DNA from: an uncultured Azospirillum sp.
Lineage (GTDB): Bacteria > Pseudomonadota > Alphaproteobacteria > RF32 > CAG-239
Length of the DNA: 64,000 bases
NCBI GenBank assembly: GCA_900539605.1
Contig: UQCS01000005.1
Location: forward strand, 10,564 to 74,563
Reading direction: 5' to 3'
The position numbers and the translations under genes are program-made. Positions 19,089 to 27,679 of the stretch are shown here, piece by piece; the stretch's first letter is position 1; each line of letters starts with the position of its first letter. The notes beneath the pieces are model-generated. The model was not told the DNA's origin, searched no databases, and worked only from the letters and a program-made list of their open reading frames with translations.

Positions 19089-20921
19089 ATGTCTATCCGC
19101 ATTCTGCCCAATAATCTGGTCAATCAGATTGCCGCCGGCGAAGTTATTGAACGTCCGGCTTCGGTGGTTAAAGAGTTGGTTGAAAACTCTATTGACGCCG
19201 GTGCAACCTCAATAGAAATAACTTTGGTGGACGGCGGAAAATCGCTGATTGCGGTCAGCGACAACGGCAAAGGCATGGATAAAGAAGACTTAAATTTGGC
19301 GGTGGAAAGGCATGCCACGTCAAAGCTCCCGGACGATGATTTGTTTCATATCAACTATCTCGGGTTTCGCGGCGAGGCCTTGCCGTCAATTTCGTCCGTG
19401 GCGCGGCTGAGCATAGTGTCGCGAACCCGGGAGGCGGAAAACGGATGGAGGCTTGAAGTCAACGGCGGGGTCAGACAGGAAGCGGTTCCTTCGGCGTCCG
19501 CAATCGGTACCAGAATCGAAGTCAGAGACTTGTTCTATGCCACGCCGGCACGGCTCAAGTTTCTGAAAACCGGCAGCAGCGAAACCGCCCAGTGTATTGA
19601 CATGGTTAATCGGATTGCTATGGCCAACCCGCAGGTGTCTTTTTATCTGATGGATGATCAAAAGAAAAAAATCAGTCTCAACGCGTGTCAGGGGGAATTG
19701 TTCGATGCCCGCCTGAAACGTCTCAGCGATGTGATGGGGCGGGAGTTTGGCGAAAATGCGCTGCTGATTGATGCGGCACGCGACAATATCCGCATCAGTG
19801 GCTACGTCAGTCTGCCGACTTTTAACAAAGCCAACTCGCTTTCTCAATATTTGTTTGTGAACGACCGGCCGGTGCGTGATAAATTGCTTCTTGGCGCAAT
19901 CAGGGGGGCATATCAGGGAGTGCTGGAAAACGGACGTTATCCGGTTTGCGCGCTTTTCTTTGATGTCAACCCCGATTATGTTGACGTCAATGTTCATCCG
20001 GCTAAAGCCGAAGTTCGTTTTTTTGACAATGCATCTGTTCGTGATTTGTTGGTAAGCGCGATTCGTAATGTTTTGGCTGCCGGCAGTCGGCAGACCGCGG
20101 CACCGCTCAATCTGGAGAATTTTTTGCAAGACAGTCTGGAGGCTTCGGCGGCGGCCGTATCTTCTACCACAGAAAATGAAATGGTGTTTTTGAACGATTA
20201 TGGCGTAGCGGTGTCGCCGGCACGTTTGCAAATGCCTTTGCCTTCGCGCGCGCCGAGAACAGGTTCGTTGCCGGAATTGGAACGACGTTTTTCGGTGCGA
20301 GCCGAAGAAGTATCTTTCTCTGAATCTGTCCCCGAAACCGACGGTGTTCTGGGACAGGCCAAGGCTCAGTTTCATAATACCTATATCATTTCTCAAACTG
20401 CCGACAGTATTATATTAATTGACCAGCACGCTGCCCATGAACGCATTGTGATGGAGAAAATGAAAAAAGTGCTGACGGAAGGAAGAAAGCCAGCCACTCA
20501 GATGTTATTGATTCCCGAAATTGTGGAATTGAATCTGCCGGATAAACAACGCCTGCTGGAAAATGCTGCCGGTCTGTCCGACTTGGGACTGGTGATTGAA
20601 GAATTTGGCCCGGCAGCGGTGATTGTCCGGGAGATTCCGGCCCTGATTAAAGATTGTGACGTGCGCCGCCTGGTCAATGATCTGGCCGAGCAAATTGCCG
20701 AATGGGGAACCGATTTTGCTCTTGAAGATAAGCTTAACCACATTTGTGCCACCATCGCCTGTCACGGTTCAGTACGGGCAGGGCGAAGTCTTAATCTGGC
20801 GGAAATGAATCATTTGCTGCGTGAAATGGAAAAGACACCTAACGCTGGTCAGTGCAACCACGGCCGTCCGACATATATCGAATTGAAAATAAAGGATATT
20901 GATAAGCTGTTTCATCGCTGA
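19089..20921 (+). CDS. mutL: DNA mismatch repair protein MutL (endonuclease type)
   Basis: GHKL ATPase N-terminus (IAAGEVIERPASVVKELVENSIDAG). C-terminal DQHAAHERIVME fits DQHA-x2-E-x4-E. ATG at 19089 preferred over TTG at 19083. Confidence 0.93.
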   Translation: MSIRILPNNLVNQIAAGEVIERPASVVKELVENSIDAGATSIEITLVDGGKSLIAVSDNGKGMDKEDLNLAVERHATSKLPDDDLFHINYLGFRGEALPSISSVARLSIVSRTREAENGWRLEVNGGVRQEAVPSASAIGTRIEVRDLFYATPARLKFLKTGSSETAQCIDMVNRIAMANPQVSFYLMDDQKKKISLNACQGELFDARLKRLSDVMGREFGENALLIDAARDNIRISGYVSLPTFNKANSLSQYLFVNDRPVRDKLLLGAIRGAYQGVLENGRYPVCALFFDVNPDYVDVNVHPAKAEVRFFDNASVRDLLVSAIRNVLAAGSRQTAAPLNLENFLQDSLEASAAAVSSTTENEMVFLNDYGVAVSPARLQMPLPSRAPRTGSLPELERRFSVRAEEVSFSESVPETDGVLGQAKAQFHNTYIISQTADSIILIDQHAAHERIVMEKMKKVLTEGRKPATQMLLIPEIVELNLPDKQRLLENAAGLSDLGLVIEEFGPAAVIVREIPALIKDCDVRRLVNDLAEQIAEWGTDFALEDKLNHICATIACHGSVRAGRSLNLAEMNHLLREMEKTPNAGQCNHGRPTYIELKIKDIDKLFHR

Positions 20922-20976
20922 GAATGCGTAATGGTATTTTTGTTTTATTGATAATAACAATTTGTTATTTTTTAGC

Positions 20977-21005
20977 TTGACTTTATATGACTAATTTTGT
21001 AAAAA
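20977..21005 (+). promoter_or_regulatory. Sigma70-like promoter for tRNA-His
   Basis: TTGACT, 17 nt, TAAAAA, ending about 13 nt before the tRNA. Confidence 0.5.
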
Positions 21006-21018
21006 CACTTTCAGCAAT

Positions 21019-21096
21019 GGCGAAAGTAGCTCAGTTGGTTAGAGTACCGGTTTGTGGTACCGGGTGTCGTGGGTTCGAGTCCCATCTTTCGCCCCA
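21019..21096 (+). tRNA. tRNA-His (anticodon GTG) with encoded G-1 and CCA
   Basis: Hand fold: G-1 opposite C73, acceptor GCGAAAG/CTTTCGC, anticodon stem CCGGT/ACCGG with loop TTGTGGT, T-arm GTGGG-TTCGAGT-CCCAT. Confidence 0.93.
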
Positions 21097-21100
21097 TTAA

Positions 21101-21128
21101 AAAATCCTCCTTCGGGAGGTTTTTTTTA
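21101..21128 (+). terminator. Rho-independent terminator after tRNA-His
   Basis: CCTCC-TTCG-GGAGG hairpin followed by TTTTTTTT. Confidence 0.85.
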
Positions 21129-21308
21129 TGGTGGAGCGATCTATAAACACATTAAAAAAATGACTGATAAATATCCGAGAAATCTTAATTTATATTCCTG
21201 CAAAAAATGAAATCGTCAAAAAAAGTTTTTTTGTCTAGAGTTTGACGCGTATATCGGATATATTGATCAAATCAATTTATTTTTTTGCAAATTAAAAACA
21301 CCTATTAT

Positions 21309-22670
21309 ATGAAAACAAACCATCAACTTAGCAGCAATTACGATGTTGTGATTATTGGCAGCGGTCCTTCCGGTCTTGCGGCTGCTTATTTTTTGCTCAA
21401 TACCTCTCCGGCCTTAAAAATTCTGATGATTGACGCCGGATATTTGAGAAAAAAAGATAAGTGCTTTATGGAAGAAGACCTGAAACGTTTTTTCGAAAAT
21501 CCCGAAGACGATGCAGACGAACCGCGTTTTTTTCAAGGCTGTCGTTATGCATCAAAGTGCGGTGTTTGTCAGACGATTGCCGGTTTTGGCGGTTGTTTGT
21601 CTCCCAATGTGTCGGCCAAGCTTTGCTTTCCGCCGTCGGGAAAACGATTACCCCGTTTGATTGGCGAACAAAAAGTGGATCAAATTGCCGCTCGGGTATG
21701 GGCGTTCTATTCCGGTTTTGCCGGTTTGAACCTGCCATATCCGGTCTGTGACAGCAACGAAGGCAAGCAAAATATTGTCCGGATTGTTGCGACACAAGGA
21801 CTGTCCCTGTTTGAGCATCCTTCTCATGTTGCGGGGGAACTCGAAATGAACCGTTTTTCGCGTGGCGTATATGACTGGCTTGATCAACGGATTGATATGG
21901 CACTCGGTTGTCCGGTCGATCCGGTGAAGGATATCGATATCCATCGTCATCAGATTTGTCTGAATGACGGCAGTATGGTGGCTTATGATAAGCTTTTGCT
22001 GGCTACCGGAAGATTTGGGCATACGACAATCAAAGACTTTTTTGATTGTCATGATATTGCGTACGAAACCGAAAATCTTGGATTTGGACAGAGAATGGTA
22101 TTGCCAAACCGCTATTTGTGGCCGATCGGCCGCTATTATCCCGATTTTAAGCTGAAGGGAGAAGACGAATTTTTCAAATATGAAACTTTCTGCTTTAACG
22201 GGTGTCGGCGAGGAGGGCGGCTCAAATGCATGAATTACGGCGGTTTTGTTAATGTGGACGGGCTGGTGTCGGTTGACTTTGACGGAGATCGTTTCCATGA
22301 TGTCGTCTATGGTAATTTTGCCGTTTTAACCGAATGCAAAGTGGCTGGAGTCGACTATAACAACGGGCGTCCCCAAGACGGTATTTCATTGCAGCGAATG
22401 CCGGTTTTGGGGACGGTGGCGTTTATGCGAAAGATTTATCGGATTCTGGCCGAAGTCAATGGGGTTTCAGAAGCTGAAATCGGTCGTCAGGCTTTTTTCA
22501 CGCCGATGGAGTATGAAAACATCTGGGCCCGGATTAAAACTGACAATGGCTTCTGGGTTCTTCCCGATGTTGCGGTCATCGGCGATGCATCCGGTATTGC
22601 AATGGACATTATTGCTTCAATGATTACCGGTTTTTATACCGCTGAACAACTGATTGAAGGGAGAGTGTAA
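21309..22670 (+). CDS. FAD/NAD(P)-binding oxidoreductase, family uncertain (resembles uncharacterised COG2509-type FAD proteins)
   Basis: N-terminal dinucleotide fold VVIIGSGPSGLAAAYF and a C-terminal GDASGIA..ASMITG motif. Cys-rich segment CRYASKCGVCQTIAGFGGC. ATG at 21309 preferred, no clear SD. Confidence 0.65.
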   Translation: MKTNHQLSSNYDVVIIGSGPSGLAAAYFLLNTSPALKILMIDAGYLRKKDKCFMEEDLKRFFENPEDDADEPRFFQGCRYASKCGVCQTIAGFGGCLSPNVSAKLCFPPSGKRLPRLIGEQKVDQIAARVWAFYSGFAGLNLPYPVCDSNEGKQNIVRIVATQGLSLFEHPSHVAGELEMNRFSRGVYDWLDQRIDMALGCPVDPVKDIDIHRHQICLNDGSMVAYDKLLLATGRFGHTTIKDFFDCHDIAYETENLGFGQRMVLPNRYLWPIGRYYPDFKLKGEDEFFKYETFCFNGCRRGGRLKCMNYGGFVNVDGLVSVDFDGDRFHDVVYGNFAVLTECKVAGVDYNNGRPQDGISLQRMPVLGTVAFMRKIYRILAEVNGVSEAEIGRQAFFTPMEYENIWARIKTDNGFWVLPDVAVIGDASGIAMDIIASMITGFYTAEQLIEGRV

Positions 22671-22715
22671 AAGCTCTCTCTTTTTTTGATGCCCGAAAGG
22701 GCAGATTTTCCGGCA

Positions 22716-22758
22716 AAAATAAAAAACCGCTTTTCTTACCAACGGTAAAAAAAGCGGT
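22716..22758 (-). terminator. Hairpin terminator downstream of the 56-aa ORF
   Basis: 9-bp stem ACCGCTTTT / AAAAGCGGT with an inner 4-bp stem. The A-run on + gives a T-run on the - strand. Confidence 0.6.
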
Positions 22759-22774
22759 GATATTTCGGCAACCG

Positions 22775-22945
22775 TTAATGAATTGAGGTTGCGGATTGTT
22801 TTTCGTCTTCCAGAATTTTGATCTGGGAGAGCAGGGCTTGTACGACTCTTTGATTGAGATTATGAACTTTGGCATACTCAATCAGTTGATTGTATTGCTT
22901 GTTTTTCAGCAATTCCAATTGTTGGTTGATCGTGAGATACTTCAT
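22775..22945 (-). CDS. Small hypothetical helical protein (56 aa), below the ORF-track threshold
   Basis: ATG..TAA frame MKYLTINQQLELLKNKQYNQLIEYAKVHNLNQRVVQALLSQIKILEDEKQSATSIH, followed by a terminator. No clear SD. Confidence 0.35.
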   Translation of the reverse strand: MKYLTINQQLELLKNKQYNQLIEYAKVHNLNQRVVQALLSQIKILEDEKQSATSIH

Positions 22946-23011
22946 ACGGTAATTTGTTAAATAATTAATTTCATCATGTATTTAGCATGATTTTATTGCC
23001 TTGGCAAGTAC

Positions 23012-23811
23012 CTAATTGCGTTTTAAAGATATCATCTCCAGGTGGCGGTTATTCAAAAATTGTTCATAGAGATCTTTTTCAGTTAACAACGGTTTATTGC
23101 GGCTGGTCTCAATTCCGTGAAGCTTGCCGTCTTTTCCGATCTCCAATCCTTCCTGCTGCAGTTCTTCGGCAAACTTTTGCAAAAACTTGTCACCGTTGGG
23201 AACCTTCTCGGCGGTTTGTTGTTTTTTGATCACGATATCTCTGATCAGCATCTTATCAATAAGCAGAGAAGACTGAAACCGTGTCTCCGGTTTGTCAACC
23301 GCCAGTCCTTTGTGGCGGCAGCGGGCATGATGAACCTGGTCAATTTCGGCATCGCTGATTTTACGGTCGCCCTGAAAACGCATTTGCGACAGGTTGCCGT
23401 GTTCGTCAATCGCAAAACTGACGTTATAGGAACCGAAGTCATATCCATGGACCTTTGAGGCGGTGGTATGATCCTTTTTATCCAGCAAAATGCCCGAAAC
23501 TTTGAGGGCTTCTTCTTTGCTTAGGCCTGTCAGACTGAAAACTTCAATTAATTCGGATGGGGTAATACAGCCGTTGGAATCGATTTTTTGGAGATAAGTA
23601 TCAAGAAAACGGTCACACTTCTCCTCACCGGCGTTAATCTCGGTGAGAGCCAAGGCCAATTTTTGGGGCTGAAATATGCTTTGGGTGCCGTCTGCCGGTC
23701 GTGGGAAGAACTATGTTCCTGGGCGTTTACATTGGCGGATGAGAGTACGGCAACGCTTGTAACTAATATCAGAGCACGCCACTTTTGTGTCAGTTTGTCT
23801 TTGAGCTTCAT
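23012..23811 (-). pseudogene. Secreted hypothetical protein split by a frameshift (or sequencing error)
   Basis: The signal-peptide ORF (23548-23811, MKLKDKLTQKWRALILVTSVAVLSSANVNAQ) and the 215-aa body ORF (23012-23659) overlap in different frames. One extra nucleotide between 23548 and 23710 would fuse them, for example in the T5G4 run at 23660-23668. Confidence 0.55.
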
Positions 23812-23942
23812 CGGCGTCTTCCTTATATGATAAATAATGAATAATATTATAACATTTTTGATAAGAGGTCAAATAATATTGTTTGGGAGAAGAGAGAAAA
23901 CGATTATAGGACTGTTTGACCGCCTCGGGCCCTTCCGGGTTC

Positions 23943-23970
23943 GATCCCCTTAATATTGATTATGCGGAAA
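23943..23970 (-). other. dif-like 28-mer (conserved XerC-arm and spacer, degenerate XerD arm), copy 1
   Basis: The - strand reads TTTCCGCATAA-TCAATA-TTAAGGGGATC. It shares the 16-mer CGCATAATCAATATTA with the candidate dif at 35689-35704. Confidence 0.45.
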
Positions 23971-23973
23971 GTT

Positions 23974-23992
23974 TGGAGCGGGTAACGGGAAT
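23974..23992 (-). pseudogene. Orphan 3' fragment of tRNA-Gly (T-loop to CCA, 19 nt)
   Basis: ATTCCCGTTACCCGCTCCA is identical to the 3' end of the intact tRNA-Gly. The preceding sequence cannot form the rest of a tRNA. Confidence 0.8.
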
Positions 23993-24097
23993 ACGCGGCG
24001 CTGCCGCTCGCTGCTCGGTTGCCGGCTTCGCCGAAAGCGGTTGTCACCGCTTTGGCTCAGACTGCCAACCTACGCCCGTCGTTGTCAAACAGTTCAC

Positions 24098-24182
24098 AGG
24101 ACTGTTTGACTGTCTCCGGCCCTTTCGGGTTCGATTCTCTTAATATTGATTATGCGGAAAGTTTGGAGCGGGTAACGGGAAT
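24098..24182. repeat. 85-bp direct repeat, copy 2 (abuts and overlaps the 3' end of the intact tRNA-Gly)
   Basis: See copy 1. A 9-bp inverted repeat GTCAAACAG/CTGTTTGAC straddles its left boundary (24084-24110). Confidence 0.9.
24133..24160 (-). other. dif-like 28-mer, copy 2, 3 nt downstream of the tRNA-Gly CCA end
   Basis: The - strand reads TTTCCGCATAA-TCAATA-TTAAGAGAATC, with the same 16-mer as the candidate dif. Confidence 0.45.
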
Positions 24183-24237
24183 CGAACCCGCATTAAAAGC
24201 TTGGGAAGCTCTCATTCTACCATTGAATTATACCCGC
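24164..24237 (-). tRNA. tRNA-Gly (anticodon CCC), CCA encoded
   Basis: Hand fold of the reverse complement: acceptor GCGGGTA/TACCCGC, anticodon stem AGAGC/GCTTT with loop TTCCCAA, T-arm GCGGG-TTCGATT-CCCGT, discriminator T, CCA. Confidence 0.92.
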
Positions 24238-24392
24238 AAAAGGTATTTCTGTTATATTATGATCTCGGCAAAAATCAATAAAAAAATGAAGGGCAGGGAT
24301 AATATTTTCCCCATTGATGAATTATTTCTTTGAAAAATGGTATCGGAGATCTTATAAAGTTATTGAATATAATTTTGATTCAGGAGAAAGTA

Positions 24393-24710
24393 ATGAAAAA
24401 ACTGTTTATTTTACTGGCAGCTGCCGGAATCCTCGCAACTTCTCAGGTTAATGCGGCCGATTTAGTCGATTATGCGAAGACTGCGCAAGAAAAAATTGAT
24501 TCCGCAACTGCTGAAGTTGAAAGCAAAAAAGCCGAAATAGCTGCAAAAAAAGCCGAAAAAGAAGCGGCATTCAAAGCACGGAAGGCAGAGAAAGAAGCTA
24601 AAAAAGCCGAAAAGAAAGCAGCAGAAGAAGCCCAGAAAGCCGAACGGGAAAAAGCTTTGGAAGATACCAAAAACAGCCTTGATAACCTTAAAAAGGCTTG
24701 GACAAAGTAA
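24393..24710 (+). CDS. Secreted Lys/Ala/Glu-rich low-complexity protein (105 aa)
   Basis: Start reassigned to the ATG at 24393, with AGGAGA 6 nt upstream. Signal peptide MKKLFILLAAAGILATSQVNA, then KAEKEA-type repeats. Confidence 0.65.
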   Translation: MKKLFILLAAAGILATSQVNAADLVDYAKTAQEKIDSATAEVESKKAEIAAKKAEKEAAFKARKAEKEAKKAEKKAAEEAQKAEREKALEDTKNSLDNLKKAWTK

Positions 24711-24724
24711 GTGCCTGCCTGATT

Positions 24725-24758
24725 AAAAGAACTCCGGAATTTTCCGGAGTTCTTTTTT
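24725..24758 (+). terminator. Rho-independent terminator
   Basis: 10-bp stem GAACTCCGGA / TCCGGAGTTC followed by TTTTTT. Confidence 0.85.
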
Positions 24759-24865
24759 AAAAATGATACCTTACAGATTATCCCCGGTTTATTGGGGACA
24801 TCTATTTAAATAAACGAAGGCCGCCTTTACAAAAAAAGCGGCCTTTAACGAGAACTAAACTTAGT

Positions 24866-26740
24866 TTAATCGGCTAATCCGAGCAAACGATATTTTACCC
24901 GTACGTCGTAATTTTTGCCATAGCTGTCGATTAAGGCAGACGCAGCCTGTTGGGCAAGATCGAGATTAAGACGACGTGCCAAAATCTCCATATCCTGATC
25001 AGACAATTGACGCGCATCGGCGTCGCGATCAGCAACTGCAATGATATGACGGTTGCCGAGATTGATCAGCTTGGGAGTGCCGGCTATTTCATTAAACAGT
25101 TCCAGCATTTGCGGCTGTCCCAGATCGGCGAAGTTCTCACTACGTGAAAGCGGTTCTGTTGTTGTTACCTTGAGGTTATAACGACCGGCGACGTCATCCA
25201 TCGAATCACCGCTGTCCAGATCATGGATAACGTCGTTGATAATTTCCTGAGCAATTGCAGCTTTTTCGTTTTCCTGCCACATTTTGCGGATTTTCGGCAA
25301 CGCTTTTTCCATTTCTTGGGGATGACTGTCTGTTATGGCATCGATTTTTACGAAAACAAAGCCGTCGTCGGTTTCTACTGCCTGCGAAATTTCGCCCTGA
25401 TTATAGGAAAAAACAGCATCGATAAAATCGTTGTTGGTCAGCAAACCGGTATGCGCTCCCGGCAGAGAAGCCGCATCGCCTGCTTCATTGAGGCCTTTAA
25501 CGCGATAGGTAGCAAGACCCATTTGAGCGGCAATTTCATCCAACGAGGAACCGGCACCGATTTTATCTTCAATTTGATTAATCAGGTCATAGGCCGTTTC
25601 ATAAACTTTTTCTTTCGCCAACGTTTTGGCAATTGTTTTTCTGGCTTTTGCTTCATCCTGTTTGGAACCGGCTTTGATGTCGGTCACTTTCATAAGATGC
25701 CAGCCGAGATCCGATTGCAGGGGACCGACGGTTTCGTTATTTTTGGCAGCAAAAACCGCACTACCGGTTTCGCCGATCAACATATCTTCGGCAACATATT
25801 CGAGGTTTGTTTCTTCGTCAGTCTGACCGGCTTTTTCCCGGGCAACTTTGTAAAAATCCTCTCCGGCATCCAGAGCCTTCTTAGCGGCTGCGGCATCTTG
25901 TTCCGACGCAAAGACCATTTGCAGAACGTTACGGGTTTCCGGCGTAACAAACTGGCTGAGGTTTTCTTTATAATACTGGTCGATTTCTTCTTCGCTAATG
26001 ACGGCATGAGCGGCAACGTCATCTATTGACAGCAACAGAAATTCGGTATCGCGGGTTTCGGGGTCGGTGAACTCAATGCTGAAATCGTCATAATATTGTT
26101 TAATCTCATCATCGGAAATCTCACGGTCGACCGTTACATCATTGTCATTAACGGTTACATATTTAAAAACCTTGCGCTGGGCTTCGGCTGCAGCAGCATA
26201 TTTTTTCAATACCGACGGAACGTTAAAACCACTGACCGGGTTTTGTACCAGATATTGTTTTTTCAGATCCTGACGGATGGTGTCAATATATTGCTGTTCA
26301 CTCCAGTTGGACGAAGAAAGGAAATATTTGAGACGGTCACGGCTGAATTTTCCGTTTTCATCCAAAAACTGAACCTGAGAAAAGATGATGTTGCGAATCA
26401 ACGTGTCGCTGACCGAAACTTTGTTTTTGGCGGCCGTTTCTTCAACAATCATCGAATTAAGGTCTCTCTGAACCAGTCCGGCCAGCATGGCATTGCGGAT
26501 TTCATCGGTAATTTCGACGTCGCCGAAAATTTTCTGGGCGGTACGGATTTCCCGATCCAGCTGTTGGTTGATGTCGAACTGACTGATTTTCCGGTCATTT
26601 ACCTTTATCACGGTGCGGTTGCCGGCTGCACTGTTAATATATCCGGAAACGCCGAACAACGACATAAAGCTCAGGGCGGTTAAAATCAGGATGGCTTTTG
26701 CAGCCCATGAATCTTGTGCTTTGCGTAATTTGGTAATCAT
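24866..26740 (-). CDS. ppiD: Periplasmic chaperone PpiD-like (SurA-N plus parvulin-like domain)
   Basis: N-terminal membrane anchor and 624 aa length. SurA_N-like region, then a parvulin-like segment (GPLQSDLGWHLMKV). Confidence 0.8.
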   Translation of the reverse strand: MITKLRKAQDSWAAKAILILTALSFMSLFGVSGYINSAAGNRTVIKVNDRKISQFDINQQLDREIRTAQKIFGDVEITDEIRNAMLAGLVQRDLNSMIVEETAAKNKVSVSDTLIRNIIFSQVQFLDENGKFSRDRLKYFLSSSNWSEQQYIDTIRQDLKKQYLVQNPVSGFNVPSVLKKYAAAAEAQRKVFKYVTVNDNDVTVDREISDDEIKQYYDDFSIEFTDPETRDTEFLLLSIDDVAAHAVISEEEIDQYYKENLSQFVTPETRNVLQMVFASEQDAAAAKKALDAGEDFYKVAREKAGQTDEETNLEYVAEDMLIGETGSAVFAAKNNETVGPLQSDLGWHLMKVTDIKAGSKQDEAKARKTIAKTLAKEKVYETAYDLINQIEDKIGAGSSLDEIAAQMGLATYRVKGLNEAGDAASLPGAHTGLLTNNDFIDAVFSYNQGEISQAVETDDGFVFVKIDAITDSHPQEMEKALPKIRKMWQENEKAAIAQEIINDVIHDLDSGDSMDDVAGRYNLKVTTTEPLSRSENFADLGQPQMLELFNEIAGTPKLINLGNRHIIAVADRDADARQLSDQDMEILARRLNLDLAQQAASALIDSYGKNYDVRVKYRLLGLAD

Positions 26741-26893
26741 TTTAAATTATGTCCTGCAGATTTTACTTAAATTATTAAACTAAGCATAGAATATAATAGA
26801 TTTCTTAATATATGCAATTGCAAAATATTAGTGTTGAAAAGTTTTTTTTAGTATGTTAATTTTGCGGCAACGTAAACATTTGAGGAAAAAATA

Positions 26894-27652
26894 ATGGCTA
26901 GAAAAATTATGATTGCCGGCAACTGGAAAATGAACGGTCTCTCCGAAGACGGAGTTGCCCTTGCCAAAGCGGTTGCTGCCGGTGTAAAGGAAATGGGAAA
27001 ACCTGCCTGCGAATTTTTGGTATGCCCGCCTTTTACGTTGTTGTATCAGGTAAAAAAGGCGCTTCGCGGCGCTAAAGTCGCGCTGGGTGCACAAGACGCT
27101 CATTTCGCGGTTAAAGGTGCCCATACCGGCGACATCAGCCCGTTAATGCTCAAAGATCTCGGATGCACTTATGTCATCCTCGGCCATTCCGAACGCCGTG
27201 CCGACCATTTTGAAACCAACGAACTGGTTGCCAAAAAAGCAGCTGCCGTTTACGAAGCCGGTTTGAAAACAATCATTTGCATCGGAGAAACCGAACAGCA
27301 GCGTGAAGAGGGCAAAACCATTGACGTTTGTTCTGCTCAGATTATGGGCTCGGTTCCGGAAAATGCCGATGCTTCCAACACCGTGATTGCCTATGAACCG
27401 GTTTGGGCAATCGGAACCGGAAAAACACCGACAGCAGCCGACGTTGAAGAAGTTCATGCTGCTGTACGTAAAGTTTTGGCTAAAAAACTGGGAAAAGCAA
27501 CGGCCAACAAAATGCGCATTTTATACGGCGGATCGGTTAAACCTTCCAACGCAAAAGAATTCTTATCGTTGCCCGATGTTGACGGTGCCCTGATCGGCGG
27601 TGCCAGCCTGAAGGCCGAAGATTTTCTGGCAATTGCCAAGTCTGTTTGTTAA
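26894..27652 (+). CDS. tpiA: Triosephosphate isomerase
   Basis: IAGNWKMN, GHSERR and AYEPVWAIGTG motifs. Confidence 0.95.
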   Translation: MARKIMIAGNWKMNGLSEDGVALAKAVAAGVKEMGKPACEFLVCPPFTLLYQVKKALRGAKVALGAQDAHFAVKGAHTGDISPLMLKDLGCTYVILGHSERRADHFETNELVAKKAAAVYEAGLKTIICIGETEQQREEGKTIDVCSAQIMGSVPENADASNTVIAYEPVWAIGTGKTPTAADVEEVHAAVRKVLAKKLGKATANKMRILYGGSVKPSNAKEFLSLPDVDGALIGGASLKAEDFLAIAKSVC

Positions 27653-27679
27653 AACAAAATAATAGAGGATTATAAAATA

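Larger units (their letters stand above)
23908..23992. repeat. 85-bp direct repeat, copy 1 (tRNA-Gly downstream flank plus 19-nt tRNA 3' fragment)
   Basis: 79 of 85 identical to 24098-24182, offset exactly 190 bp. The last 43 nt are identical. Confidence 0.9.

Noticed and set aside
19386-20396. Long antisense ORFs inside well-supported genes. Examples are 19386-20396 in mutL, 30276-31073 in kdsA, 21648-22298 in the FAD gene, 39065-39775, 25223-26029, 62830-63501 and 9313-9963.
   Set aside because: They lie opposite genes with clear family motifs. Their translations are Arg/Phe/Asn-rich and low-complexity, and they lack SD sequences. They are shadow ORFs.
23560-23600. EF-hand-like loop (DSNGCITPSELIEVF) in the frameshifted secreted protein.
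   Set aside because: It is two residues shorter than the canonical 12-residue loop and lacks the conserved Gly6/Ile8 spacing, so the evidence is insufficient.
23916-24333. ORFs 23916-24143 and 24019-24333 (+) spanning the repeat region.
   Set aside because: They read through the tRNA-Gly gene and its duplicated flank. Their apparent internal repeat only reflects the 85-bp DNA repeat.
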